From IMG/VR virus record IMGVR_UViG_3300028920_000066: 64,000 nt of DNA. One strand, written 5' to 3'. The translations under genes were made by a program, and so were the position numbers. Under the pieces are notes generated by a model. That model was not told where the DNA came from and did not search any database. It worked only from the letters and a program-made list of their open reading frames with translations. Source of the DNA: an uncultured virus (IMG/VR IMGVR_UViG_3300028920_000066) (Duplodnaviria > Heunggongvirae > Uroviricota > Caudoviricetes). Positions 26,447 to 36,736 of this stretch are shown here, one piece after another. Within the stretch, counting starts at the first letter, position 1, and each line of letters opens with the position of its first letter.

Positions 26447-26929
26447 TTATTCACACAGTTCTTTTCTCAAAACTTTAATTTGACAACTCTGTGCTTCTGT
26501 CTTACTTTCTAACGCTTTAATCTTTGCCTCATTAAGGTTCTTGCGATGAATAAGATAATTCTGGTTCTTTTGAAGCTTGACTATTTGAGTTTTCATCTTT
26601 TCAACTTCTTCTACTTTTGAATCATAGTCCAGCCTAAAATCATCCAGATTTTTAATTGTAACCTCTATCTTGTCTTTAACTTCGCCTAAATCCTTTACTA
26701 TATCCTTTATTTTACTATTTAATTGTTCGTTTGTCAAGGCAAAAATCATAAACACAACACAGGTTATTGCTATTCCCAAAAACGCAAGAAAATTACTATC
26801 CTTAATTTTTTCTTCTTCTATCGGGTTGCTCTCTATTTGTTTGCTTGTAACAACTTTCTTTTTCTTCATTTCCTTTCGGTTCTTAGCTTTTTTTCTGATA
26901 CTCAACTGATTCACCTCCTCTCTTTCCAA
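26447..26929 (-). CDS. membrane-anchored coiled-coil protein
   Basis: TM segment FLAFLGIAITCVVFMIFAL followed by heptad-like region; start uncertain. Confidence 0.65.
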   Translation of the reverse strand: MEREEVNQLSIRKKAKNRKEMKKKKVVTSKQIESNPIEEEKIKDSNFLAFLGIAITCVVFMIFALTNEQLNSKIKDIVKDLGEVKDKIEVTIKNLDDFRLDYDSKVEEVEKMKTQIVKLQKNQNYLIHRKNLNEAKIKALESKTEAQSCQIKVLRKELCE

Positions 26930-27152
26930 TTTCTTCTATTTTCTCATTAGCTTTTATTTTCTTTACTAATTCATATCCGTTCATTAAAGAATATTCCGTT
27001 CCATTTATCTTTACTTTGTTTGTAAAACCCACAATAGAGTGAATGTCTTTGACCTTAAATCTCCAAATGTTTCTGCCGTAAATAATCTCTAACCAATTTC
27101 TTTTACAGCTTTGAATTTTAATACCACCAAAACTGTTTATAATATATTTCAT
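26883..27152 (-). CDS. hypothetical protein
   Basis: 89 aa ORF, ATGA overlap. Confidence 0.6.
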   Translation of the reverse strand: MKYIINSFGGIKIQSCKRNWLEIIYGRNIWRFKVKDIHSIVGFTNKVKINGTEYSLMNGYELVKKIKANEKIEEIGKRGGESVEYQKKS

Positions 27153-27586
27153 TCTTTTGCGATATTGGTTATTTTTTTAAGGTCAATATAATCCTCTACC
27201 ATTAACTCCTTATACTCCTTTACATCAGGCTGAACTAAAACAGGAGCTCCATTCTCATTAATAGCACAATGAAGAAGACAATGTGCCATAACATAAATCT
27301 GGTCAGAATCGTCTAAATCATTCCAATATGCTCTGTCTATTGCTATTACATAATCTACTTCAGGCATATACAACTGAAGCAAATCTTTTACTAACATTAC
27401 TTTATACTTCTTACTTTCCAATTCTTTAACGTTTGTGGTAATAAAAAATTTCATAACGTGTGGTGACTGCAACTGAAATGTTCCTGTTTCAAAAATCTTA
27501 CCTGCCAAATCTCTCAGCTCTTTTGATTCTTCCCAGGGGTTTTTGTCTTTTGCCATTTCTTCCTTTAATTCATTTTTGCTTACCAT
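27149..27586 (-). CDS. putative phage metallopeptidase-like protein
   Basis: DYVIAIDRAYW ... AHCLLHC ... PDVKEY; the HExxH glutamate is replaced by Cys. Confidence 0.55.
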   Translation of the reverse strand: MVSKNELKEEMAKDKNPWEESKELRDLAGKIFETGTFQLQSPHVMKFFITTNVKELESKKYKVMLVKDLLQLYMPEVDYVIAIDRAYWNDLDDSDQIYVMAHCLLHCAINENGAPVLVQPDVKEYKELMVEDYIDLKKITNIAKE

Positions 27587-27605
27587 CTTTTTCTCCTCTC
27601 CTTTT

Positions 27606-28283
27606 TTAAATTTCTGGTGGTGTTATTTGCTTAACTATATCGTCTATAACAATTGATGCGTCTAAAATTTTATTAACAGCTATTTCTAATTCCCTTTTAA
27701 CTTCTGGAAGCTTTAACATCTTTTTACTCTTTAATATTTTTTTATCTTCTTTTGTTAAATCCTGCTTAAATAAATCGTCTATACCCAAATATTCAAACGG
27801 GCTATATTGCTTAATAAAAGTTAAATATTTTTCTGGATTCTTTACGTTACCCTCATCACGCTCTTTAAGGTCAAGATTAAAAAGCTGTGCAATACCCGTG
27901 CAAGAATAAATTTTATCCCCCAATAAAAATTTCTTAGGATAAGTAAATTCCCCAACCCAAAATCCTGTATAAAGGTCACGATATATCATACACTCAACAG
28001 TATAAGGCACTCCTTTAATTATTTTACTACCTGCCTTTACAATACCTCCCCCTGTGGTCTGTGCTTCTGCTCTACTCACAAAAGTGTGTGATTTTGAAAC
28101 CTCTACATCAAAAGCTAACATCTTTTGATACTTCTTACCTTGTTCTTTTTTATAATTTTTTGCATACTGTATTCCTAATTTGCCAGTTCCATTAGCTCTT
28201 AAAAAATCTATAAGCTCCTGAAATTCTTCTGGAGTTCTGTCAAACTTTTCCAATATCTTTATTACGTTTTCTGATAAACTCAT
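27606..28283 (-). CDS. hypothetical protein
   Basis: start at MSLSEN overlapping the sbcC stop. Confidence 0.7.
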   Translation of the reverse strand: MSLSENVIKILEKFDRTPEEFQELIDFLRANGTGKLGIQYAKNYKKEQGKKYQKMLAFDVEVSKSHTFVSRAEAQTTGGGIVKAGSKIIKGVPYTVECMIYRDLYTGFWVGEFTYPKKFLLGDKIYSCTGIAQLFNLDLKERDEGNVKNPEKYLTFIKQYSPFEYLGIDDLFKQDLTKEDKKILKSKKMLKLPEVKRELEIAVNKILDASIVIDDIVKQITPPEI

Positions 28284-30109
28284 TTCTTTTCTCCTATCCA
28301 AGAATTTTCACCATCCGAACTTACTATCAAGTGATTTTTAAAATATCTTTTCATTTCGTCATCGTGACTTATAACAAATATAGTTTTATCTTCTGTATCC
28401 AAAAGACTTAGTATATCTGTTATAATTCCACTATTATGACCGTCTATTGGGTCAAAAATTTCATCAAAGAACATTATGCTTATATCAGTCTGGCTAAACT
28501 TTGAAAACAATTTATACATAGCTATTTGAAATACTATTTCAAATACTCTACGTTCACCTTTTGAAAACTCTTTAAGTTCACTTTCTTGACCTTTTCTCAC
28601 AACTCTTATTTTCATTGTGTTTCGTTTGTCAACATTAAAATCAGTATCAATCTTTATAGTCATATCATCAAATATTTTTATTAACATATCATTTATCTCG
28701 CCTTGTAAAAAGTCTACTATTTTAGCAACAGCAAATTGTTTAAGCCCATCTTTACCAAAAACTTTCTTAATAACTTCAAAGTCTTCTATGTTTTTCTTTA
28801 ACTTATTATTAGTCTTTTTATATTCTTCCAGCTTTGCCTGTTTATCAAGCAACATTTTATACTGAGCTTGAACATCTGCAAACTCTATTTGTTTAGTTCT
28901 AATATCCTGTAACGAAACCTTTGAGTCTTTATATTTGCGATATTCTTTATAATCCCTTACAAACTTTCTTATTTCATCCCTTAAATCTTTTATTTGAGCC
29001 TTAACATCATAATATTTTTTCTTACCTGCTTCAAAATCTACCTTTTTGTTATCATAATCTATCTTTGATTTTTTCTTAACCTTTATCTCTTCCTCAAGCT
29101 TTTTAACTAAAACCTCATATTTTAAATATTCCTTTTCTGCTTTTTGCCTTTCGCTTTCATACTTCATTTTAAATTTACCACGATATTCTTCTGACAAATC
29201 AGAATCGCAAGTAGGACACTTCGGTGTATCAACAAAGCTATTTAATTTTTCACAAGCATTATCTTCCTTTACCCCAGCCTGACTGCGTTTGTCTTTAAGT
29301 GTGCCTAATTCTTTTTGTAGCTCTTCTATTTCCTCGTCCATATTATGCTCGGCAAGTTCCTGTTTTATAACTTTTAATTTTCTTCTACGTGATTTATTTT
29401 CGTCTATCATCTCTTTATATCTTGGTGCGTCTTTATCAACTTGTTTTTTAAATTCAAGATACTTTCTAATTCCATCTTCTTCTGCCTGTATATTTAATAA
29501 CTCTCTTCTTGTTTTTTCTTCTTTTATCTTTACTTTGTCTATATCTTTTAATTCTTCCACATATATCTCTATCATTTTATCAAGTCTATTTTTATTCATA
29601 TCACTAAGCTTATCTTTAACCTTTTCATAAAGGTCATCTATAAAATCAATACTTATTAGTTTCATAAGAATGTTTTTCTTTGAACTATCATCTAAATTAA
29701 AAAACGTATTATCAGAATCAAAAATATAAGTATAAGCCAACATATCATAATCAAGTTTAAGTCTATTGTTAATATACTTCTGCATTTCTGTCTTTCTTCC
29801 CATATGAGGGTCTGCGTCACCTGTTTGAAACTTTACACGCTTATCTGTTCTGATTATTTTATTATTGTCAAACTCAAGTTCTACTTTAAACTTGCCCGTA
29901 TGATATTTAGAAATATCATTTAATCCCCTAATAGTTTTTCCAAAGAGAGCAAATATAACGAGTTCCATAACAGCAGACTTACCAACTCCATTAGACTTAC
30001 TAAAGTCCCCATCCGTATTAGCTAATATAAGAAAAGTATCTTGCTCAAAGTTAATATCTATTTTATCAAACTTAAATACGTTCTCAGCATATAATCTTTT
30101 TATTTTCAT
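28280..30109 (-). CDS. sbcC: SbcC/Rad50-like (gp46-like) ATPase
   Basis: NGVGKS Walker A, coiled coil with CPTC zinc hook, FSKGE signature, FFDE Walker B, ISH. Confidence 0.9.
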   Translation of the reverse strand: MKIKRLYAENVFKFDKIDINFEQDTFLILANTDGDFSKSNGVGKSAVMELVIFALFGKTIRGLNDISKYHTGKFKVELEFDNNKIIRTDKRVKFQTGDADPHMGRKTEMQKYINNRLKLDYDMLAYTYIFDSDNTFFNLDDSSKKNILMKLISIDFIDDLYEKVKDKLSDMNKNRLDKMIEIYVEELKDIDKVKIKEEKTRRELLNIQAEEDGIRKYLEFKKQVDKDAPRYKEMIDENKSRRRKLKVIKQELAEHNMDEEIEELQKELGTLKDKRSQAGVKEDNACEKLNSFVDTPKCPTCDSDLSEEYRGKFKMKYESERQKAEKEYLKYEVLVKKLEEEIKVKKKSKIDYDNKKVDFEAGKKKYYDVKAQIKDLRDEIRKFVRDYKEYRKYKDSKVSLQDIRTKQIEFADVQAQYKMLLDKQAKLEEYKKTNNKLKKNIEDFEVIKKVFGKDGLKQFAVAKIVDFLQGEINDMLIKIFDDMTIKIDTDFNVDKRNTMKIRVVRKGQESELKEFSKGERRVFEIVFQIAMYKLFSKFSQTDISIMFFDEIFDPIDGHNSGIITDILSLLDTEDKTIFVISHDDEMKRYFKNHLIVSSDGENSWIGEKK

Positions 30110-30243
30110 TTATCTCTCCCAACGTCTGGTCTTCCAGTCCAGCCACAAGCCTCACACAAATAAATTCCTAAATTAGGTCTTACACAAATATATACACCTC
30201 TACCACAATTACCACACAAATAACCAAATCCAATTTTTATCAT
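30106..30243 (-). CDS. 45 aa zinc-ribbon protein between sbcD and sbcC (not in ORF track)
   Basis: MIKIGFGYLCGNC...YLCEACGW; ATGA overlaps at both ends. Confidence 0.65.
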   Translation of the reverse strand: MIKIGFGYLCGNCGRGVYICVRPNLGIYLCEACGWTGRPDVGRDK

Positions 30244-31175
30244 TCTTCCTCCAACAATAACTGGATATCGCCTTTTTCAATATAGTTTCTTACACGGTCA
30301 AATAAATCTCCCCTACCCAACGTTTCAAGATATTCCTTTAACAACCCATCAATATTTAAATTCTTTGTGTCTATAGCTTGTTTTTCTGTCACATACTTAA
30401 TATTCATTATCTTCTTTTCCTTTAACGCCTTAACTATTTCCTCTTTATCTTTCATATCTTTAAGTTCTAAAATAATATTTGTTCGGTCATCAACGTCTTT
30501 CAGGTCTTCAAGGGTCTTTACTACTTTTTGTTTAATATTATGTTTTACATTTTTGTATATTACTTCTCCGTCTTTTATTAAAGCTATTTTATATTCATAC
30601 TCAAGTTCATCAAGTTTATGAGGAACAAAACTTCCAAGATAAGTTATATTGCCTTTTTGCTGAAACTTATGTATGTGACCAAGTATAAATTGTTTATCAT
30701 CAAGAGAACCATCATAATCTAATTCGCCTTTAAGTTTTCTCTTTCCCAACTCATACTCAAAACTAAAATGCCCTACAACATATTTTGTTTTTACGTTCTT
30801 AACTATTTTTCCCAGTTTATCAAAATCAAAAAGATAGGCTACCAGCGTTACATCCCCTATTACCTCATACTCTGATACTATTTCGTCTTGCAAAAAGGGT
30901 TCTATGGCTACAAGAGAGTTTTGTTCAGTAGCATTATCTATATCGTGATTACCAAGAATAAATCTTTTAGGAATTTTAATACGGCTAACAAACTCAGAAA
31001 ACACTTTACGAAATTCATTGTGGGGCTCTGGGGAATTAAAATAATCCCCCAGAAACACCACCATATCTTCTTTGTTAATTAGCTCTACTAACTTATCCAC
31101 TTTTTCTTGAAACAAATCCAGCGTTTTAATATTTCCCAGCTTTGCGTCAAGGTGTAGGTCGCCAATAATTATCAT
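30240..31175 (-). CDS. sbcD: SbcD/Mre11-like (gp47-like) metallophosphoesterase nuclease
   Basis: GDLH, LGDYF, GNHD, VGH, GHIH. Confidence 0.9.
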   Translation of the reverse strand: MIIIGDLHLDAKLGNIKTLDLFQEKVDKLVELINKEDMVVFLGDYFNSPEPHNEFRKVFSEFVSRIKIPKRFILGNHDIDNATEQNSLVAIEPFLQDEIVSEYEVIGDVTLVAYLFDFDKLGKIVKNVKTKYVVGHFSFEYELGKRKLKGELDYDGSLDDKQFILGHIHKFQQKGNITYLGSFVPHKLDELEYEYKIALIKDGEVIYKNVKHNIKQKVVKTLEDLKDVDDRTNIILELKDMKDKEEIVKALKEKKIMNIKYVTEKQAIDTKNLNIDGLLKEYLETLGRGDLFDRVRNYIEKGDIQLLLEEE

Positions 31176-31552
31176 ATATCGTCTTCCTCAATTTTTTTTA
31201 ATGTTTCCTTTGGAGCTTTTTCTTTTGGCTCTGCTGTTTCTTCTTTTTTCGCTGACTTCTTTTCTTCTTTCTTTTCTACTGGTTTTCCTTTAGAAAGCTC
31301 TTCTACTTTAACTATCGCTTCGTCTAAATCTTTTGGGGGGATATCCCCGTCATTAACTTTTTTACAAACCTTACTAACATTAGTTGCTACGGGCCAAGCC
31401 AACTTAATTATATGCTTGTTATTAACAAGCTCATCAAACTCTCCCTGAATAGTCAAGGAAGTCCTGACACTTGAATAATTTCCAAGATTTTTAGTCTGGC
31501 TATGTTCTATTGTTAGTATTATCGGTGTCTGTCTTCTTTGTTCATCTCCCAT
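31172..31552 (-). CDS. hypothetical protein
   Basis: 126 aa; TKNLGNYSSVR motif. Confidence 0.65.
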   Translation of the reverse strand: MGDEQRRQTPIILTIEHSQTKNLGNYSSVRTSLTIQGEFDELVNNKHIIKLAWPVATNVSKVCKKVNDGDIPPKDLDEAIVKVEELSKGKPVEKKEEKKSAKKEETAEPKEKAPKETLKKIEEDDI

Positions 31553-31568
31553 AACGCATTACCTCCGA

Positions 31569-32051
31569 TTAAAAGTCATCAGCGTCAGAGCTTGGTGCAC
31601 CTTTAGGGGCTTCGCTTTCAAACTCTTCGTCTTTAGGTTTCTGTTCCTGTGGCTGAGCCTTTTCCTGTATTTCCTGCCCTTTTCTCAAAGGAATTACATT
31701 TACAATCTTAGGAAAAGACTGTGCAGGGTTTTTAGTGCTGGGTTTATTCTCTACAACAATTTTGCATTGTTTACCTACAAAATCGTCTGTATCAAATGAA
31801 GCACCTAAATCAAAATCTTTACCACCATTAAGGGCACTAAACCACTTATAAGTTTTTCTTCCTATTGCAACCTTTTTATCTGTCATACCCGTAATAGTAT
31901 CAAACGATGCGTCTTCAGGAGCGTCCAACAATTTAAAATGAAAATAAAACACATCACCAAAAGTTGACGTTCCCTCTTCAATCTTTTCACACTTTGCTAC
32001 ATAATCTCCGTCAGGGATTCCCTGAGATTCTTCAACTGTTACTTTTGCCAT
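31569..32051 (-). CDS. single-stranded DNA-binding protein (OB fold)
   Basis: IPDGDYVA... core, acidic tail ending SDADDF, position in the replication module. Confidence 0.7.
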   Translation of the reverse strand: MAKVTVEESQGIPDGDYVAKCEKIEEGTSTFGDVFYFHFKLLDAPEDASFDTITGMTDKKVAIGRKTYKWFSALNGGKDFDLGASFDTDDFVGKQCKIVVENKPSTKNPAQSFPKIVNVIPLRKGQEIQEKAQPQEQKPKDEEFESEAPKGAPSSDADDF

Positions 32052-32625
32052 TTACTTTTTCCTCCTTATGGAATTTTAAAAAATCTTTTTTTATAGTAAA
32101 ACCTCCGTTTACTACTGACTCACCACCTTTCTCTTCTATTTTGGCTTTATAGCAAAAAAAGTTTAAAAGCCTTTTATAATCATAAAAGACTTCTCCGTTC
32201 CACTCACGAACCTGAGAAACTAATATGAGGTTTTTCTTATTCCTTTTTACTAAATTAAATATCCTCAAAAGAACATTAGCGTTCTCTTCTATTACTGTAG
32301 CAGTCAAGCTATCAATAATAAAATAATCTACATCATTAACAAGCCTTTGCATCAACTTTAAAATCTCTTCTGCGTCATTTTGATTAGTATAAATAATGTT
32401 TACGTGTTTTCCCATTACACCCAAAAAAGGATAGGGAGTCGCCTCTGTATCAAAATATACAACAGCCTTATCTGAATTATTATTTATTAACCAATAACAA
32501 AACAACGTCTTACCGACAAAAGGCTCACCATATACGTTCACTATATCGCCCTCTTTAATAACAACACCGTCCACTATATTAAGCGTATCTTGGGGCTTAT
32601 GTAAAATATCAAGAAAGTTAATCAT
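32032..32625 (-). CDS. short RecA/RadB-like ATPase
   Basis: GEPFVGKT, YFDTE, FIIDS, SQVR; start at MINFLD. Confidence 0.75.
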   Translation of the reverse strand: MINFLDILHKPQDTLNIVDGVVIKEGDIVNVYGEPFVGKTLFCYWLINNNSDKAVVYFDTEATPYPFLGVMGKHVNIIYTNQNDAEEILKLMQRLVNDVDYFIIDSLTATVIEENANVLLRIFNLVKRNKKNLILVSQVREWNGEVFYDYKRLLNFFCYKAKIEEKGGESVVNGGFTIKKDFLKFHKEEKVNGKSNS

Positions 32626-33181
32626 TTTGTTTTTCTTTTGCCACAGGCAACGTTCCCATCTTTTCCTGTATCTGCATAACAGATACCTTACGACTAACTT
32701 TATTATCAAACTGGTTAATCAAATCAGCAAATATTTTTACTCTTCCCAATAACTCTTTACTTTTTATAATCTGCTTCTCGGCAAAATAAATATATTTATA
32801 ACAGTCTTTAAGTTCGTTGTCGATATAAGCGTTCTTCTCTGCTATGTTTTTAAAACTCCCGTCTTTAACTTCTTTACTTATAAGCATAGCATCGTGAAGC
32901 TCTTTATAAGAATTTTGGAATGTTTTTAACAACGCCTGTGTAGAAGAATCATATGACATAGACATCGCCCATAAATTTGTTATATCTTTTTGCACATCAG
33001 AAAAGTCATCCATAATATCATAAATTTCTATTATATTATTATTGTTTGGATTAAACTTCTTGTTGATTATCTTATCTGATACTTCCTTTAACTTACTCTC
33101 TATATCTTTTTCTATCCTATGTTCCGTATCAAACTGCTCTTTAACAGCCTTTAACTTTTCAAGAATTTCTTCTAATTCCAT
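32618..33181 (-). CDS. coiled-coil protein, possibly a UvsY-like recombination mediator
   Basis: helical 187 aa; functional guess from gene context only. Confidence 0.5.
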   Translation of the reverse strand: MELEEILEKLKAVKEQFDTEHRIEKDIESKLKEVSDKIINKKFNPNNNNIIEIYDIMDDFSDVQKDITNLWAMSMSYDSSTQALLKTFQNSYKELHDAMLISKEVKDGSFKNIAEKNAYIDNELKDCYKYIYFAEKQIIKSKELLGRVKIFADLINQFDNKVSRKVSVMQIQEKMGTLPVAKEKQND

Positions 33182-33209
33182 TCATATTCTCCTCTCATTT
33201 CATAAATAT

Positions 33210-33238
33210 ATATTATCATATTACCCCTACCTTGTCAA
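33210..33238 (-). promoter_or_regulatory. sigma70-type promoter
   Basis: TTGACA (33238-33233), 17 bp, TG-A-TAATAT. Confidence 0.7.
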
Positions 33239-33242
33239 CAGA

Positions 33243-33446
33243 TTAAAAATACTTTTTTATAGCTTTTTCCGAGAATCCAAAGGATATTCTATTACCTATC
33301 CTAACAACACCATTATAATATATCCTGAGCACAACTTTATTGCCTTGAACTCTAACATACCTTGTATGATAACTTAAAACATATTCTTTATGTTCTCTTA
33401 CAAACTTCTCTACCATATCCCTTTTATATGAACGCCCAATAAACAT
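33243..33446 (-). CDS. hypothetical protein
   Basis: 67 aa ORF. Confidence 0.55.
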   Translation of the reverse strand: MFIGRSYKRDMVEKFVREHKEYVLSYHTRYVRVQGNKVVLRIYYNGVVRIGNRISFGFSEKAIKKYF

Positions 33447-33452
33447 ACTTGC

Positions 33453-33869
33453 CTACTTTAAAAGAAATTCTTTTAACGTATTTATTTTATATGCGACATA
33501 ACCATTTTTCCACTTACCGTCTGGCTTATAACCGTCTATAGGATTACGCACCACTATCCTTTGAGCTATATAATGTAATTGAAATCTTACCCCGTCTTTT
33601 AAAAAACTTAAATATCTAACTGTTTCATTTAAACCTATTGAATATCTATTTTTGATATAACTTATAAAACGTTGTAATTCGTCATCGGGTAATCGTCCCA
33701 TTAGCTCCTTTACAGAAGTCACTTCATAATCTTCTGGAACAATACGTGTGCTTTCGTCAGCCATTACATACACTTTAAATGACCCATCAGGTTCTTGTGC
33801 TAAAACTTTAAATTTCGTTCCTTTTTGGGTTACATATCTGTGACCTATAGTCATATCCTTAGCTAACAT
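33453..33869 (-). CDS. hypothetical protein
   Basis: 138 aa ORF. Confidence 0.65.
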   Translation of the reverse strand: MLAKDMTIGHRYVTQKGTKFKVLAQEPDGSFKVYVMADESTRIVPEDYEVTSVKELMGRLPDDELQRFISYIKNRYSIGLNETVRYLSFLKDGVRFQLHYIAQRIVVRNPIDGYKPDGKWKNGYVAYKINTLKEFLLK

Positions 33870-34335
33870 CTTTTTCCTTTCTAAGGCGTTCTAACAGCCC
33901 CGAATATAATTTTATCAATATTTCTTTCTCCCCACTATGCAAGTCCATCATCTCGCCATATAATTTAACTATATTGATATCAGCACCGTCTTTTACCATC
34001 TTGCGAAGTTCGTCACATAATTTAAAATAAAATTCTAAGTTCTTTTTCTTCGCAAAAATATAATTACCACTCGAAGAAAAATTTTTATTTAAAAAGTGCA
34101 ACGCTTCTACAAAATCTTTATTTTCCATTTTCATAACTATACTTATAGAGTCAAAGAACATATCACAACCAAAACACTTTCCTGTATTGTTGTCTTCATA
34201 AATATGTGCTGACGGGTCTTTATCATTATGAAATATACATACCATTTTATTATTAACAACTGGTATATCATAATACGACAGCACGTCAAAAATATTTACG
34301 TTCTTAGCTTTTTTATAAAGCTCGTTATATGCCAT
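33859..34335 (-). CDS. stand-alone DnaG-type CHC2 zinc-finger protein
   Basis: CIFHNDKDPS...KCFGC...DSISIVMKMENKDFVEAL; no TOPRIM domain. Confidence 0.8.
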   Translation of the reverse strand: MAYNELYKKAKNVNIFDVLSYYDIPVVNNKMVCIFHNDKDPSAHIYEDNNTGKCFGCDMFFDSISIVMKMENKDFVEALHFLNKNFSSSGNYIFAKKKNLEFYFKLCDELRKMVKDGADINIVKLYGEMMDLHSGEKEILIKLYSGLLERLRKEKDVS

Positions 34336-35438
34336 TACGCCCTCACAGGCATTATTACATAAACTACTTTATCATCTCCATTATATTCTTTTAAAGCAAT
34401 AGGGTGAGCTACGTCATTTATCCTCACAACCACTTCGTCTGTTTCTATTACTCTTAAAACATCTAAAATATAATGTATGTTATAACCTATTGTGCCTACA
34501 ACTTTTCCTTTATTGATTATATCTATTTCTTCATTTCCCTCACCCTCGTCAGGCTTCTGACTGTTTATCACTATTCTTTTTTCTTCATAATTAAAGTTGC
34601 ATATATTTTGAGATGATACAGTTTGTATTCTTTTTAAAGCACTTACCAGACTTGACTTTTCTATCACTATCTCGTGTTCGTTCATATTTAACTGAGCTAC
34701 TTTTTTATAATCAGGAAAACTCTCATCAATATGTCTTGATACAACTTCAAAACCATTATCAAAAACAAATTTAACAAGATTATCAAATATCTCTACCCTA
34801 ACATTTCCTGTATCACTTGCTAATAAAGGAGTTATATTTTTTATAGTTGGTAAAGGTAAAAGTATTTTAACAGCCTGTTCTGTTTTAATATTTGATTTTG
34901 TATCAAGAAGTTTATATGCAAGTCTATGAGAATTTGTGGCTACAACATCTGTTTCGTTTAAATCAATTTTTATAAAAACAGCTCTTAAATTTCTTCTGCT
35001 GTCATCTTTTAAAGCACAAAATTCAACCTTTTCAAATATACGGCTAAGCCTCTGTGAATTGATTGTAAAAGAATTTTTAAGTTTATCTGTATCAAGATAA
35101 ACAAAAGTTGTATCACTTTTTGGCAACGAATATTTAAACTTCTTTCCCTTAATTATTATCTTTGTTTCTTCGACATTAAGGTTAAACTTATCCTGTGGGA
35201 GCTCTTTTAACAAGCTCATAAATTTTTCTATAGGCAATAAGAACTCTCCCTCTGCGTCAACATTTTCAATAGAAAAACCACCAGAGAAACCAAAGTCACC
35301 ATTTGTTGTTTTAATAAAACCTTTCTTATCTTTAATTGTTACTAAAGCGTTCTTACTCGAAAACTTACCGTCCCCTAAAAAAGTCTGAGCTACATCAAAT
35401 GTTACTGAAATCTTTTCCCTTGATAATTCACAATTCAT
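34335..35438 (-). CDS. dnaN: DNA polymerase III beta sliding clamp
   Basis: VVATNSHRLA, SRHIDESFPDY, IGYNIHYILDVL, YVIMPVR. Confidence 0.93.
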   Translation of the reverse strand: MNCELSREKISVTFDVAQTFLGDGKFSSKNALVTIKDKKGFIKTTNGDFGFSGGFSIENVDAEGEFLLPIEKFMSLLKELPQDKFNLNVEETKIIIKGKKFKYSLPKSDTTFVYLDTDKLKNSFTINSQRLSRIFEKVEFCALKDDSRRNLRAVFIKIDLNETDVVATNSHRLAYKLLDTKSNIKTEQAVKILLPLPTIKNITPLLASDTGNVRVEIFDNLVKFVFDNGFEVVSRHIDESFPDYKKVAQLNMNEHEIVIEKSSLVSALKRIQTVSSQNICNFNYEEKRIVINSQKPDEGEGNEEIDIINKGKVVGTIGYNIHYILDVLRVIETDEVVVRINDVAHPIALKEYNGDDKVVYVIMPVRA

Positions 35439-35450
35439 TTCTATTCCTCC

Positions 35451-36728
35451 TTATGTTGTGTTTTGTTCTTCTTGTCCAGAACGAATATCTACAGCGTCTT
35501 GCATTTTATTTATAGCAAAGTCAACTAAAAATCTTAACGACACACCACTCCTGCCCTCACGATTTTTTATAATAAACATATCCATTATGTGCAACTGGGT
35601 CTTATTACGTTTAAGATAAGCAACAAAATCACTATGGTGTGCAATTAAATCTGACTGACTAATATGTTCAAGTCCAACTATCTCCCCCTCTTTCTCAGCC
35701 TCCATAGTTTTTCTATTAGCCTGAACCGCACTTATCATAACAACATCTTCCTGCTTAGCTATTTTTTTTAATCCTTTTGATACAGCACCCCACATTTCTG
35801 TTTCGCTTTTATATCCTCGTTCATACATTAAACCAAGATAATCTACCACAACAAAATCAAGTGGGTGTTGTTTTTTAAAATCTCTTATAACACTTCTAAT
35901 TAAATTTAAATTAACTTCCTCATCACCCATACACTCTACAAACATTAAAGGTGGTTTTTTATCTTTTACCATATTTAAAATATCACCATAATAATCGTGG
36001 TCTACCTTACCGTGCTTTATGAGGTCACTTGATATACCAGAGATACGACTATCAAACAATCTTTCCATCTGTTCAAGATACATCTCAAGAGAAAAATATA
36101 ATCCAACATATCCTTGCTCTGAAAGATTATAAGCAAAATTAAAAAGAGTTCTTGTCTTACCTACAGAACTTCTACCAAAAAATAAGTAATATTCCTTTTT
36201 ATTAAACCCATTTGTATATTTATCAAACTGTTCAAAGCCTGACGGAATAGAAGAATATGTTTCTGCTTGTTGAACACGCTTTGCTCTTTCGTCAAGATTT
36301 TCATATACAAATCTTGTTCTAATACCAGATTCATCATCAGATATACGTTCTAAGTTTGAAAGTTTATACACCACATCTTTAAGGTCTATATTCGTATAAT
36401 CTATTTCTCCAGTTATTCTTTGAACGTTTTTCTTTATAAATTCCTTTTTAAGTTCTTCTACAAGGAATTGATAATTTTCATTAACATAAGATTTTTTATA
36501 TTTTACAAACATTATCATATATTCATTTGCATCAGCTTCTAATATTACATACTTTTCAAAATCTTTTTCTGTAGGAATACCTTGATAATGAATATAAAAA
36601 TCCATAATTAACTTTGCAAACTTTTTTAACTTAGCGTCATATATATATTTAATACAGTTATTCTTAATAAAATCTTTTAAAAAATATTCATTAAATAAAT
36701 AAAAAATAATCTTCTCAGCAGTATTCAT
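35451..36728 (-). CDS. dnaB: DnaB-like replicative helicase
   Basis: GRSSVGKT, FSLEM, VVDYLGL, QANR, KNREG. Confidence 0.9.
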   Translation of the reverse strand: MNTAEKIIFYLFNEYFLKDFIKNNCIKYIYDAKLKKFAKLIMDFYIHYQGIPTEKDFEKYVILEADANEYMIMFVKYKKSYVNENYQFLVEELKKEFIKKNVQRITGEIDYTNIDLKDVVYKLSNLERISDDESGIRTRFVYENLDERAKRVQQAETYSSIPSGFEQFDKYTNGFNKKEYYLFFGRSSVGKTRTLFNFAYNLSEQGYVGLYFSLEMYLEQMERLFDSRISGISSDLIKHGKVDHDYYGDILNMVKDKKPPLMFVECMGDEEVNLNLIRSVIRDFKKQHPLDFVVVDYLGLMYERGYKSETEMWGAVSKGLKKIAKQEDVVMISAVQANRKTMEAEKEGEIVGLEHISQSDLIAHHSDFVAYLKRNKTQLHIMDMFIIKNREGRSGVSLRFLVDFAINKMQDAVDIRSGQEEQNTT

Positions 36729-36736
36729 ATTAACTC

